From Sulfuricurvum sp. (GTDB lineage Bacteria; Campylobacterota; Campylobacteria; Campylobacterales; Sulfurimonadaceae): 64,000 nt of DNA. The stretch is taken from positions 9,050 through 73,049 of the forward strand of contig JBAZTZ010000009.1 in the NCBI GenBank assembly GCA_041661705.1, read 5' to 3'. A model generated the notes under the pieces. It made no database searches. It was not told the origin of the DNA and worked only from the letters and a program-made list of their open reading frames with translations. The stretch's first letter is position 1. Every line of letters begins with the position of its first letter. The position numbers were made by a program, and so were the translations under genes. Shown here one piece after another: positions 1 through 9,599 of this stretch.

Positions 1-1692
1 ATTTTCATCAGGATTATCACTTTTACGGATAAAACTGAGGCAATTGTGTTGATAATCTTGATCGTCAATCCACTCAAACCCCTCCCGTTTTTCATCGTAG
101 AAATGCAAAGCACGCTCATTTCTATACAAATGATTAAGATCAGACACCATCCTTCTTAATCCTTTATTCAACGGATTTTCCAACAGATGCCAATCAAGGG
201 AACGCTCATAATTCCATTCTGCATATTGAGCAATTTCTCCCCCCATAAAGAGAAGTTTTTTCCCAGGGTGCGCCATCATGTAGGCGTATAGGGTCCGTAA
301 ATGTGCAAACTTTTGGTTGTTGTCCCCTGGCATTTTGTTGATGAGGGAACCTTTCATATGAACTACCTCATCATGACTCAAGGGGAGCATAAAGTTTTCA
401 TCAAACCCATACCACATACTAAAAGTAAGCTGTTGGTGATGATGCTGTCGGTGAATAGGATCATAGCTCATATATTTGAGCGAATCGTGCATCCACCCCA
501 TATTCCATTTAAATCCAAATCCTAATCCTCCGACATCAACGGGACGCGTTACCATAGGGTAGGCAGTAGACTCTTCGGCGATCATAACAATATCGGGAAA
601 TTCACCATAAAGACTAACATTAAGTTTTTTCAAAAACTCCACGGCTTCAAGATTTTCATTCCCTCCATTAGCATTAGGAATCCACTCCCCCTCTTTTCGG
701 GCATAATCCAAATGGAGCATCGACGCAACCCCATCGACACGAATTCCATCAATATGATATTTATCGACCCAAAACATCGCCGATGAGATCAAGAAGGATT
801 GAACCTCAGCACGTCCGTAGTTGAAAATAATACTTCCCCACTCGGGATGAAATCCTTGACGGGGATCATCATGCTCGTACAACGCCGTACCGTCAAAGTT
901 AATCAATCCGTGCATATCAACGGCGAAATGAGAGGGAACCCAATCCATAATAACCCCAATCCCCTGCGCATGAAGAGCATCAATCAGAAACATCAAATCC
1001 TGCGGTGTTCCAAAACGAGATGTTGTAGAAAAATATCCTACTACCTGATACCCCCATGAGCCATCGTACGGATACTCAGTAAGAGGCATAAACTCAACAT
1101 GAGTATAGTTCATCTCTTTGAGATAGATGGTAAGCTCAGAGGCAAGTTCTCGATAGGTGAGAGGGCGATTCTCTTCTATGTTGTATCTCCATGAGCCAAG
1201 GTGCATCTCATAGACGCTAATAGGAGCATTGTGTGCATTGTGGAGATGACGAACTTTCATCCACGCTTCATCGCTCCACTCATACCCCTCCAACGTCCAC
1301 ACTTTCGATGCTGATTTAGGCGGTTGCTCGGCATAAAATCCGAGTGGGTCACTTTTGTCGTGGATAATATTATGGTATTTGGAAATAATATGGTATTTGT
1401 AGGTAATCTTCTCCTCTACCCCCACAATAAACCCTTCCCATATTCCAGAATCATCTTCTCGCAGTTTCAGAGGATGGCTTTGGGTATCGTAGTCATTAAA
1501 ATCACCTCGGACACTGACGTATGCGGCATTAGGTGCCCAAACAGCGAAATAAACCCCATCTTTTCCCTCATAACGCATACTATGAGCCCCAAGCTTGTCG
1601 TAGAGTTTGGAATGATTACCTTGCTTAAATAAATAAATATCCAACTCACTTAAACGTGAAATCTCATAGTTCATAAGGTGATGATGATTCAT
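1..1692 (-). CDS. glgB: 1,4-alpha-glucan branching enzyme GlgB (GH13), 3' end runs off the left edge of the window
   Basis: Translated by hand because it is not in the ORF track (no stop in the window). ATG at 1692 overlaps the glgA TGA (ATGA). Reads MNHHHLMNYEISRLSELDIYLFKQGNHSKLYDKLGAH...FAVWAPNA...YEMHLGSW...SWGYQ...DWVPSHF...HIDGIRVDGVASML...AEEST...KWNMGWMHD...LPLSHDEVVH, the conserved GH13 branching-enzyme motifs. Confidence 0.97.
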   Translation of the reverse strand, partial: MNHHHLMNYEISRLSELDIYLFKQGNHSKLYDKLGAHSMRYEGKDGVYFAVWAPNAAYVSVRGDFNDYDTQSHPLKLREDDSGIWEGFIVGVEEKITYKYHIISKYHNIIHDKSDPLGFYAEQPPKSASKVWTLEGYEWSDEAWMKVRHLHNAHNAPISVYEMHLGSWRYNIEENRPLTYRELASELTIYLKEMNYTHVEFMPLTEYPYDGSWGYQVVGYFSTTSRFGTPQDLMFLIDALHAQGIGVIMDWVPSHFAVDMHGLINFDGTALYEHDDPRQGFHPEWGSIIFNYGRAEVQSFLISSAMFWVDKYHIDGIRVDGVASMLHLDYARKEGEWIPNANGGNENLEAVEFLKKLNVSLYGEFPDIVMIAEESTAYPMVTRPVDVGGLGFGFKWNMGWMHDSLKYMSYDPIHRQHHHQQLTFSMWYGFDENFMLPLSHDEVVHMKGSLINKMPGDNNQKFAHLRTLYAYMMAHPGKKLLFMGGEIAQYAEWNYERSLDWHLLENPLNKGLRRMVSDLNHLYRNERALHFYDEKREGFEWIDDQDYQHNCLSFIRKSDNPDEN

Positions 1693-3167
1693 TTCCCTTT
1701 TCTCCCCTCTTTGATTGTGTAATAAAGGGCTTCGTATTCTTGAGCTGCGCCTATCCAATCATATCGTTGGGACATAGCATTGGTTTGCATTTGTTTAAAC
1801 CCTTTAGGATCATTGTACCATGTATGTACTGCCCACCCTACGGTGTTGACCAAAGCATCAGAAGACGCATCATAGAATTTAAATCCAGTACCATGAAGTG
1901 AATCGTTATGATAATTCTCGATTGTATCATCCAACCCCCCCGTCGCACGAACAATAGGGAGGGTTCCGTAACGAAGACTATAAATTTGATTGAGTCCACA
2001 CGGTTCAAACAAGGATGGCATCAAAAATAAATCTGCCCCTGCCTCAATTTGATGGGCTAGATCGTTACGGTACCCGATAAAACAACCAAATTTTTCGGGA
2101 TGCTTGGTCGCAATATCGTTAAAATAATGTTCCGCCCACTTCTCCCCTGCCCCTAGCATGACAATTTGAATATCCATTTCCAGTAATTTCCAAATCGCAT
2201 GCGAAAGAAGTTCTATCCCTTTTTGCTCCGCCAATCTCCCTACCAAACCAATCAACGGAACTTCATTACGCTCTGGAAGATTAAACAGTTTTTGAAGTGC
2301 TGTTTTACAAACTTCTTTGCCCCTCATATCCTCAACATCAAATTGTTGCGCAATAAAAGGATCAATAGCAGGGCTCCACTCCTCATAATCAACCCCATTG
2401 AGTATCCCGTGCAGTTTAGCCGATTCAACCTCCAACAATGTATTGAGTCCACATCCAAACTCTACAGTACGAATCTCTTGGGCATATTTACGGCTAACAG
2501 TACTTATCATATCAGCGTGAACAATTCCCCCCTTAAGGAGATTGATTCCATCATATTCTTCAAGTTCATACGCATTAAAATGATCCCAGCTTACATCCAA
2601 AACATCCATAGCCGCTTTGGAAAATCTTCCTTGATGTTCTAGGTTATGAATACTCAGGAGGGAACCCGTATGAGAGAAATCACTGTCATACGCATAATGG
2701 GTATTGAGCATAAGAGGCAGTGCTGCAGTGTGCCAATCATTCGCATGAATAACATCGGGATGAAAATGGAGTTTTTTTGCCAATTGCATCACCGCGCGGG
2801 AAAAAAAGATAAAACGTGTATCATTGTCAGGATAAGAAAAACCATCCTCTTCATAAAGCCCTGCACGACCAAAAAACTCTTCATGCTCGATAAAATAGAT
2901 GGGGACATCACTATTGGGAAGTTTCCCTTCATACACTCCCGCCCACAGTTCCCCCATAGTTCCCATGGGAATACCTAAAGACCCTTCTAGTGGTTTTAAA
3001 TCATATTTTTCTTTATCTATTCCGTAATAACGGGGAATGACAACGCGTACATCATGACCCAGCGCACGCAATGCTTTTGGCAGTGCACCCACGACATCAG
3101 CAAGGCCCCCTGTTTTAGCGAACGGGACGACTTCGGAGGCGGCGATTAAAATATTGAGTTTATTCAT
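1689..3167 (-). CDS. glgA: Glycogen synthase (GT5), copy 1
   Basis: KTGGLADV ADP-glucose-binding motif, HANDWH, IHNLEHQG, GILNGVD, MPSLFEPCGLNQ, GGLDDT. Confidence 0.96.
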   Translation of the reverse strand: MNKLNILIAASEVVPFAKTGGLADVVGALPKALRALGHDVRVVIPRYYGIDKEKYDLKPLEGSLGIPMGTMGELWAGVYEGKLPNSDVPIYFIEHEEFFGRAGLYEEDGFSYPDNDTRFIFFSRAVMQLAKKLHFHPDVIHANDWHTAALPLMLNTHYAYDSDFSHTGSLLSIHNLEHQGRFSKAAMDVLDVSWDHFNAYELEEYDGINLLKGGIVHADMISTVSRKYAQEIRTVEFGCGLNTLLEVESAKLHGILNGVDYEEWSPAIDPFIAQQFDVEDMRGKEVCKTALQKLFNLPERNEVPLIGLVGRLAEQKGIELLSHAIWKLLEMDIQIVMLGAGEKWAEHYFNDIATKHPEKFGCFIGYRNDLAHQIEAGADLFLMPSLFEPCGLNQIYSLRYGTLPIVRATGGLDDTIENYHNDSLHGTGFKFYDASSDALVNTVGWAVHTWYNDPKGFKQMQTNAMSQRYDWIGAAQEYEALYYTIKEGRKGK

Positions 3168-4573
3168 ACTATTGTTTCTCCAATTAAAAGGCTATCGTAA
3201 AGAGTAGCGTAGAGTTTTGAACTCTGATCCCAAGAGAAATCACACTGCATATTGTGATTGGATATTGACTCAAAAAGCTTTTTATCACCGTAAAGTTCTA
3301 CCGATTTTCGTACCGCCAAAAGCAATGAGCGAGGTGTCGGGGTAAAAAATACGACCCCATATCCATCACTACTCTCAGAATCGTACGTTTCAAACCGTTT
3401 TACCGTATCTACCAATCCCCCAACACGATGAACAATAGGAATCGTTCCGTATACAAATGCAATCATTTGGTTAAGCCCACACGGCTCGAACAAGGAAGGC
3501 ATCAAAAGAAAATCAGCAGCTGCATACATTTGATGCGCCAATGTTTCATCATAACTAGGGGTCAACCGAATATTAGGATGAAGCTTTATCATTTCACTCA
3601 GTTTCTCATAGTATTGCTCTTCTCCCTCACCCAAAAGGGCGATATTACAGTTCATAGCGGCAATTTTTGGGAGAGTTTCGATTAGTAAATCTACCCCTTT
3701 TTGACTCACAAAACGCCCAATAAAGACAAAAAGTGGTTTAGTCACCCCTTTGAGTCCCAATTGTTTTAGCAAACTAGTTTTTGAGGGTTTTTTCGCCTTA
3801 CTATTACTATAAGGGGCAACCAATGAAGCATCAAGACCGTTGAGAATTCCTGTAAGTTTATGGCGATGACACTGCAAAAAACCTTCCAATCCACACCCAA
3901 ATTCAGAGGTTAAAATCTCTTTTGCATACGTTGGACTAACCGTTGTGATACTGTTCGCGTAGGTAATACCCGCTTTCATAAAATTAACTTTTCCGTAAAA
4001 TTCGAGACTTTCGTGGGTAAAGTAGGACTCTGAAATCCCCAACTCTTTTAAAACAGTGGGTTCAAACACCCCTTGATAGGCAAGATTATGAATCGTATAA
4101 AGAGTTTTAGTCGTAATTTCCAGATCATCATGAACAAGCAACGCGACCAATGCACATTGCCAATCATTAAGATGGACAATATCGTAATTTTCACCCCTCA
4201 GTAATGCTGTAATCGTATATGAGAAGAGTCCAAACCGAAGTGCATTATCCTCATATCCCTCTTGGGGTGTTCCATACAAGAACTCTCTTTCACAAAGAAT
4301 CGGCGAATAGACAAAACGATACGTGATCCCCTCATACGTACATCCATACATCTCTACTGTATAGTCATCATCACCCATAGTGAGCGTAAAAGGATCTCCT
4401 AGAGAAACTATGCCATATTCTTCACGTGGTATGGAACGATACAGTGGCGTGATAACCTCGATATCATAATTGTCTTTTAACGCCCTTGGCAAACTATACG
4501 CTACATCTGCCAATCCACCTGTTTTTGTAAAGGGGTAAACTTCACTTGCAGCAAATAAGATTTTTTTAGACAC
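3164..4573 (-). CDS. glgA: Glycogen synthase (GT5), copy 2, about 11 aa shorter after the NGLD motif
   Basis: KTGGLADV, HLNDWQ, IHNLAYQG, MPSLFEPCGLNQ, GGLVDT. ATGA overlap with copy 1. Confidence 0.9.
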   Translation of the reverse strand: MSKKILFAASEVYPFTKTGGLADVAYSLPRALKDNYDIEVITPLYRSIPREEYGIVSLGDPFTLTMGDDDYTVEMYGCTYEGITYRFVYSPILCEREFLYGTPQEGYEDNALRFGLFSYTITALLRGENYDIVHLNDWQCALVALLVHDDLEITTKTLYTIHNLAYQGVFEPTVLKELGISESYFTHESLEFYGKVNFMKAGITYANSITTVSPTYAKEILTSEFGCGLEGFLQCHRHKLTGILNGLDASLVAPYSNSKAKKPSKTSLLKQLGLKGVTKPLFVFIGRFVSQKGVDLLIETLPKIAAMNCNIALLGEGEEQYYEKLSEMIKLHPNIRLTPSYDETLAHQMYAAADFLLMPSLFEPCGLNQMIAFVYGTIPIVHRVGGLVDTVKRFETYDSESSDGYGVVFFTPTPRSLLLAVRKSVELYGDKKLFESISNHNMQCDFSWDQSSKLYATLYDSLLIGETIV

Positions 4574-5570
4574 GACTTTCTCCTCGTAAACGTTTTGCAG
4601 CCATTTCTGGAGCTACGGGATTGATCATCATTTGGGTACTCACCTCAAATCCTCCCTGACGATAAATACGAGGGATGATTCGAATCATTAGACGGTGAGC
4701 TTGATATGCACAAATATTATCACCTAAAGGGGGAGTAGATACCGATAAATTGAACGAAAATTCGCCTAGTTCTCTTTTTAATCGCTCTATTACGGAGCAA
4801 AGTAATGTTCCCAAATTATCAATGTGAGTATCACTAAGGGTATCAATTTGACCGACATAGTTTTGAGAGCTAATCATCACCTCGAACGGATAACTACTAG
4901 CATACGGGCAAAAAGCACTAAATTCTCCGCTGCGTTCTATCATTCGTACGGAGGTCTCTTCTTCATCTCGTACAACTGCCTCCATTAGAGAACGGTTATT
5001 ATGTTGATAATATTTACGTTTTTGACGGCATAAACTTCGCTGCAATTTAGGAATCATAGGAAGCCCAATGAGTTGAGTATGAGAATGATCCATCGTCGAA
5101 CCTGCATCATAACCTTCATTTTTGAAGAGAGATATATAAAGGATTCGCCGATCCCGTCGTAAATCTTCAACCCGCGAACGAAGTGTTTTGAGCCATCGTA
5201 CCATCTCATCATGACTCCACTCACTCATCGAACGAGTATGACGAGGAGTATCAATAATTACTTCGTGTGCACCAAAGCCATCCCAATGATCGAAACTTCC
5301 CTCATGATGAGCATGAGGGGCTTCTATAGCGACTGCTTTATAGAGATTGGGGACGACGCGCGTATACCACCCTTTTTGATTCACAACCGTATCGGATTTA
5401 CGTATCGCAAAAATCTCTTTCGGTGTCATCGATTCATTCCCCTCACAAAAAGGGCACACTTCATTATTTTTGGTCAAAACCACTGCTTTAATGAAATCAG
5501 GACGCTGAAGTCTTTCAGGGGCAATAATGACATGCGTATCACTCAAACGGTCATAACGTATTTCAGACAT
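4566..5570 (-). CDS. GalT/HIT-fold hexose-1-phosphate nucleotidyltransferase (GalT-like, possibly ADP-glucose phosphorylase type)
   Basis: CPFC zinc motif, GAHEVIIDTPRH and HSHTQ nucleophile motif (5073-5087). Start reassigned to the ATG at 5570 (MSEIRYD), which overlaps the end of the upstream GH57 gene. Confidence 0.88.
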   Translation of the reverse strand: MSEIRYDRLSDTHVIIAPERLQRPDFIKAVVLTKNNEVCPFCEGNESMTPKEIFAIRKSDTVVNQKGWYTRVVPNLYKAVAIEAPHAHHEGSFDHWDGFGAHEVIIDTPRHTRSMSEWSHDEMVRWLKTLRSRVEDLRRDRRILYISLFKNEGYDAGSTMDHSHTQLIGLPMIPKLQRSLCRQKRKYYQHNNRSLMEAVVRDEEETSVRMIERSGEFSAFCPYASSYPFEVMISSQNYVGQIDTLSDTHIDNLGTLLCSVIERLKRELGEFSFNLSVSTPPLGDNICAYQAHRLMIRIIPRIYRQGGFEVSTQMMINPVAPEMAAKRLRGESRV

Positions 5571-7593
5571 CCGTAATCTCCAATACTCCTTGAAGTTCAA
5601 GTGCCATTTTAAATTCAAATACAAAAGCGAAACTAACCCCTTGAACACTCAAATCAAAACCAGACTCACTTTGAGAGAGAGTTTGAAGTTGAAAATAATG
5701 AACAGCACAAGGATGATCGAAACGAATAGCAATCTTTTTCTTTAAAACCGTATCAATAATTTCTAATGATCCTACGGAATCAATAGTATGCGATTTTCCG
5801 AGAAGCTTGCCATTGATACATAAAGAATCATAGTCAGCAAAGTGAAAGTTGTGTTCTAAAATATAGGTAAATACTCCATCTGCTTCAGTCTCGACACGAA
5901 TAGAAAACTCTATCCCATTAGAATTAAATAAAAAACTTTTTTCTAAACGGGTATTGATTTTTTCAGGTAAATAGATTCCGCCATCACGTGCGAATGCGAT
6001 GCGTCCTTCATCTTGGGATAATTCAAAAGGTTGATTGGCAAAATCGCCATACTCTCGAAACGTACATTGACGGAAGTTTTCACCATTAAATCCAGTATCA
6101 CTAATATGATCGATAAACGAGTTTTTCATATACCAATCATAAATAAGGGCATCTCGAAGAGATGGATCAATACTCATTGAAGTGTGATGAATCGTATCAA
6201 TCCCCTCTTCCATAGGAATAGCATTCTCTTCTTGAGGCGCAAATAATTTCTGATGATACGCTTCTTTACGTCGTGTAAGGGTATTTTGATAGTTGAAACA
6301 CTGATCACGTACATCCAATTCAACAAGTTGCCCACCCAACGCACTATCAAAACGCCAAATTAATTCCGGTGTCACAGCCTTAATTTTTAGGTATCCGTCA
6401 AGTTCATTGCTATCGGTTGCAATTGCCGTTTTAGTACCGTAGCGAATATTCTCACACTCAATAAGATACGTATAGGCATTGTCTCTTAGGTTGGGGAGAT
6501 AAAGTCCTCCAAAAACGCCGTGCCATAATGGATCATTGGTCTGAAGCTTGTATAAAAAAGTTTGAAAATCTCCCTCATTGGCATGAAAGGCACGTGAAAG
6601 TTCAAGCATTCGTTTATGTAAACGATTACTTTCAGGGTATTTAACAAAAAAATTCTTCCAAATTCCCCCCTTCAGAAACTTTACACCATAATCCTCATAC
6701 CGCTGTAGCCCCATCTCATTTTTGAGTGTCTCCAAATGAAGCGCATCATCTGCTCGCAAGCTCCACTCCCCCATTTCGTAATAAGAGACATTCGGAAGAT
6801 AGGCGATTCCTCGAGAACGTTCAGATTTGAAATACTCACCATAATGACGTGTTTCAATCGACTTATCCGCCAAAACAGCTCGAACAAATTTTTCTAGCCA
6901 TTTTTTCTCATAAACCCATTCATTTGTTCCCGGCCACATTCCGAATTTTTCAGCATCATCAAAAATAATTGCCGCTGAATCGTTCTCGCGGTTAAAAGAT
7001 TTGATAGCTTTAAGTGCACTTTCAACATTTAAAAACGGCAACGCATAGCGAAGCTTTTGACTTATAGGAAAAAGCCCCATAGGGACTCCCCCCTCTTCAC
7101 TCATATAATAACCATCCAAATTCTCTTGATCAAACCCAGCGCATTGAAAATGGTAATCGTCCATAACGGTATAGCGAATCCCTGCTGTGTGAAGATCGGG
7201 AATAAGAGCCGATTCCCATACTCGCTCTGTAAGCCATAGGCCTTGAGGTTTTTGATTAAAATTCTTTTCGATGGAGGTATTGAGGTGTTGAATTTGTCCA
7301 ATACGATCTTGTGAGGGAATCACACTCAAAATGGGTTCATAATACCCTGCACTAAAAAATTCAATTGTTCCACTCTGTGCCAATGTAACGATTTTACCGT
7401 ACAGTTCAGGGCGTAATTCTTCAATTCTTTCCATCAACCAACCACTGCAATGGACGGAAAATCGAAACGATGGATAACGGCTCATCACCTCAAAAAAAGG
7501 CTCATAGCAACTTGTAATAGCAAGTTCAATAACCCATTCGAAATTATCGACGGGCTGGTGCATATGGATTCCAAATAACAATGACGTTTTCAT
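5563..7593 (-). CDS. GH57 alpha-amylase / 4-alpha-glucanotransferase
   Basis: HMHQP, WLTERVW (nucleophile Glu), DDAEKFG (acid/base Asp), WHGVFGGLYLP and a C-terminal beta-sandwich-type region. Start at ATG 7593 (MKTSLLFG) behind an AGGAG RBS. Confidence 0.9.
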   Translation of the reverse strand: MKTSLLFGIHMHQPVDNFEWVIELAITSCYEPFFEVMSRYPSFRFSVHCSGWLMERIEELRPELYGKIVTLAQSGTIEFFSAGYYEPILSVIPSQDRIGQIQHLNTSIEKNFNQKPQGLWLTERVWESALIPDLHTAGIRYTVMDDYHFQCAGFDQENLDGYYMSEEGGVPMGLFPISQKLRYALPFLNVESALKAIKSFNRENDSAAIIFDDAEKFGMWPGTNEWVYEKKWLEKFVRAVLADKSIETRHYGEYFKSERSRGIAYLPNVSYYEMGEWSLRADDALHLETLKNEMGLQRYEDYGVKFLKGGIWKNFFVKYPESNRLHKRMLELSRAFHANEGDFQTFLYKLQTNDPLWHGVFGGLYLPNLRDNAYTYLIECENIRYGTKTAIATDSNELDGYLKIKAVTPELIWRFDSALGGQLVELDVRDQCFNYQNTLTRRKEAYHQKLFAPQEENAIPMEEGIDTIHHTSMSIDPSLRDALIYDWYMKNSFIDHISDTGFNGENFRQCTFREYGDFANQPFELSQDEGRIAFARDGGIYLPEKINTRLEKSFLFNSNGIEFSIRVETEADGVFTYILEHNFHFADYDSLCINGKLLGKSHTIDSVGSLEIIDTVLKKKIAIRFDHPCAVHYFQLQTLSQSESGFDLSVQGVSFAFVFEFKMALELQGVLEITDV

Positions 7594-7601
7594 AAGCTCT
7601 C

Positions 7602-9599
7602 CTAAATAAACCAATTGGTACTAAATGTTTCGTCTAACTCAACCAAAAGAGATCCGTTCCCCGGTAACAACTGAATACTCTTACCGTCTTGGCGTAATTC
7701 AAATCGAAGATGAACACTCACATTTGTAGTAAAATTTTCTCTTGAAAGAGAAAATTCCAGACGATTTCCACTAAGGAGCGGTGTAATTGAAAAGCGTTCT
7801 TGTGTCTCTTCAATCATTACAACAACAAAAGGGGTTTGCAAAGCACTAAAGTCTCCTTCAAAGGCTACATATAGTGACACATTATCAAAGCCATAATAAA
7901 GGATTTCAACGACTCCACGAACTTTGTCCATTGTCGAAAACATCAATCTCTCATCAACTGTGCCACACCCAACCCAACTAAAAAATGAATCTCCATTTTC
8001 ACCCAGTTTTGGAGAAATCATATTTTGAGGCTTCGTCCAGAATGACTTTGGACTATCCATTGATATAATTGGATCAAAAAGATTAGAAGGAATATCTAAA
8101 TTCAGCAAACGATAAATTTGGATTAAATGTTCACGAAATAACAAATCAAACTCCGCAGCGAAATCGGTTCTGTGATCTTCACCATACCACCAAAACCAAT
8201 CACTGCATTCGGACGCTAGAATATGATGAAGAATCTCTTCTTTGAGCTCTTCACTCATTTCACCTTCATAATTTTCAACATCACTTCGTACTTGAAAAAT
8301 TAGTTCCCACGCCCTATTCTTCTCAAAATGTCCAACCCATGTATCAAATGTACCGTGTATCCAACTCCCAGCAGCCAGATGTTCTAATACTCCCACTTCT
8401 TTTAACGAGGCTACTTCATCCAACGTGAGGGTTGAACACCACGATAAAGAAGAGAGAGACGCATACAATGAATTAAAAAAATCCAATCCGTTGTTAGGAT
8501 AAAATTCCCATGCGTTCTCACCATCAACGATGACAAAAACTGTCGGATTATTCTCATTCATCTCTATATGCTTAAGCTCATTTATAAAATCATTGCTCGC
8601 ATCCGCCCCACTAATATGACGATACTCAAACCCAATCAAATCACTTAAATGATGATCCCGAAAGGCAATTGTCAATCCATCATAAAGATAGGGTTTATAG
8701 CGTAATGAAGGGGTGTGATTATTGAGCGATTTATATAAGATAGCTTCATCCGTAGCAATCCATTTTATAGCATGCTCTTTGTAGATTGCAACACTCTTTT
8801 CATCTACCGCCCCCTCAGCAGGCCAAAAACCGTTTGGTTTACACCCAAATGTTTTTTCATATAATGCAATAGAACGCTTCACATGCTCTTGCGCATCTTC
8901 ATACAAAGATCGGGCACCATTAGGTAAAGGTGTCGCTGCATTGGCACGTTGAGTGTTTTGCATATCAACAAGTAAGGGGAGTATTGGATGGAAATAAGGC
9001 GTTGTCGAAACCGAAACAACCCCTTTTTCTTGAAGTTCTTTGTAAAAAGGGAGAATCTCTTGTACAAAACTGCTCAGTGTCTCAAGCAGTGCCGTTTTAT
9101 CCTCTTGTGTATATTTCTTCTTTTTCGCCAAAAAGGCTTTAATATATAAATTGTAAGTACGAAGATAGTTTCCACACCATGCAAGTAGAAAAACTACTTC
9201 CAAATCAATAAGTTCATGATCCGTAAAAGAAGTTTGATAATACAATGCGGCATAACGCTCTATTGGACGCACCAATGTCTCATACTGCGTTGAAGTACAG
9301 ATTTTGATAAGCCATTGCTTTTGAGAATCGCTCAAAAGAGAAGGGTGTTGCGCCCACAGAGAGAGAAAATAATCATATTTCAAGGGCTCTCGATAAAGCT
9401 GTAATTGTTCAATGAGAGAAGCACTAAGATTAAACGTTGCTTTGAGCCCCGAGTGCTGACTTAGCAACCACGGCATCTCGTAATAATCTTTGATCGCGTG
9501 CAAAAATACCCACGGCATTTGCATCACCCCATCACTTCCTCGATAATCAGGCTGGTGCATATGCCAAAAAAAACATAGATTAAGTGAGGGTGTACTCAT
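7602..9599 (-). CDS. GH57 glycoside hydrolase (amylopullulanase/alpha-amylase-like)
   Basis: WHMHQP, PYFHPILPLL, FWPAEGAV, DGENAWE, SDWFWW motifs. Start at ATG 9599 (MSTPS), overlapping the TAA of the upstream gene. Confidence 0.9.
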   Translation of the reverse strand: MSTPSLNLCFFWHMHQPDYRGSDGVMQMPWVFLHAIKDYYEMPWLLSQHSGLKATFNLSASLIEQLQLYREPLKYDYFLSLWAQHPSLLSDSQKQWLIKICTSTQYETLVRPIERYAALYYQTSFTDHELIDLEVVFLLAWCGNYLRTYNLYIKAFLAKKKKYTQEDKTALLETLSSFVQEILPFYKELQEKGVVSVSTTPYFHPILPLLVDMQNTQRANAATPLPNGARSLYEDAQEHVKRSIALYEKTFGCKPNGFWPAEGAVDEKSVAIYKEHAIKWIATDEAILYKSLNNHTPSLRYKPYLYDGLTIAFRDHHLSDLIGFEYRHISGADASNDFINELKHIEMNENNPTVFVIVDGENAWEFYPNNGLDFFNSLYASLSSLSWCSTLTLDEVASLKEVGVLEHLAAGSWIHGTFDTWVGHFEKNRAWELIFQVRSDVENYEGEMSEELKEEILHHILASECSDWFWWYGEDHRTDFAAEFDLLFREHLIQIYRLLNLDIPSNLFDPIISMDSPKSFWTKPQNMISPKLGENGDSFFSWVGCGTVDERLMFSTMDKVRGVVEILYYGFDNVSLYVAFEGDFSALQTPFVVVMIEETQERFSITPLLSGNRLEFSLSRENFTTNVSVHLRFELRQDGKSIQLLPGNGSLLVELDETFSTNWFI

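Noticed and set aside
1369-1400. Short direct repeat TATGGTATTTG x2 inside glgB
   Set aside because: It encodes KYHII/KYHNII in frame. Two short copies are not a repeat array.
301-1649. ORF-track entries 301..525, 799..1059, 1324..1632 (+) and 1467..1649 (-)
   Set aside because: All lie on or opposite the glgB frame (1692 to the window edge), which carries clear GH13 motifs. They are shadow ORFs.
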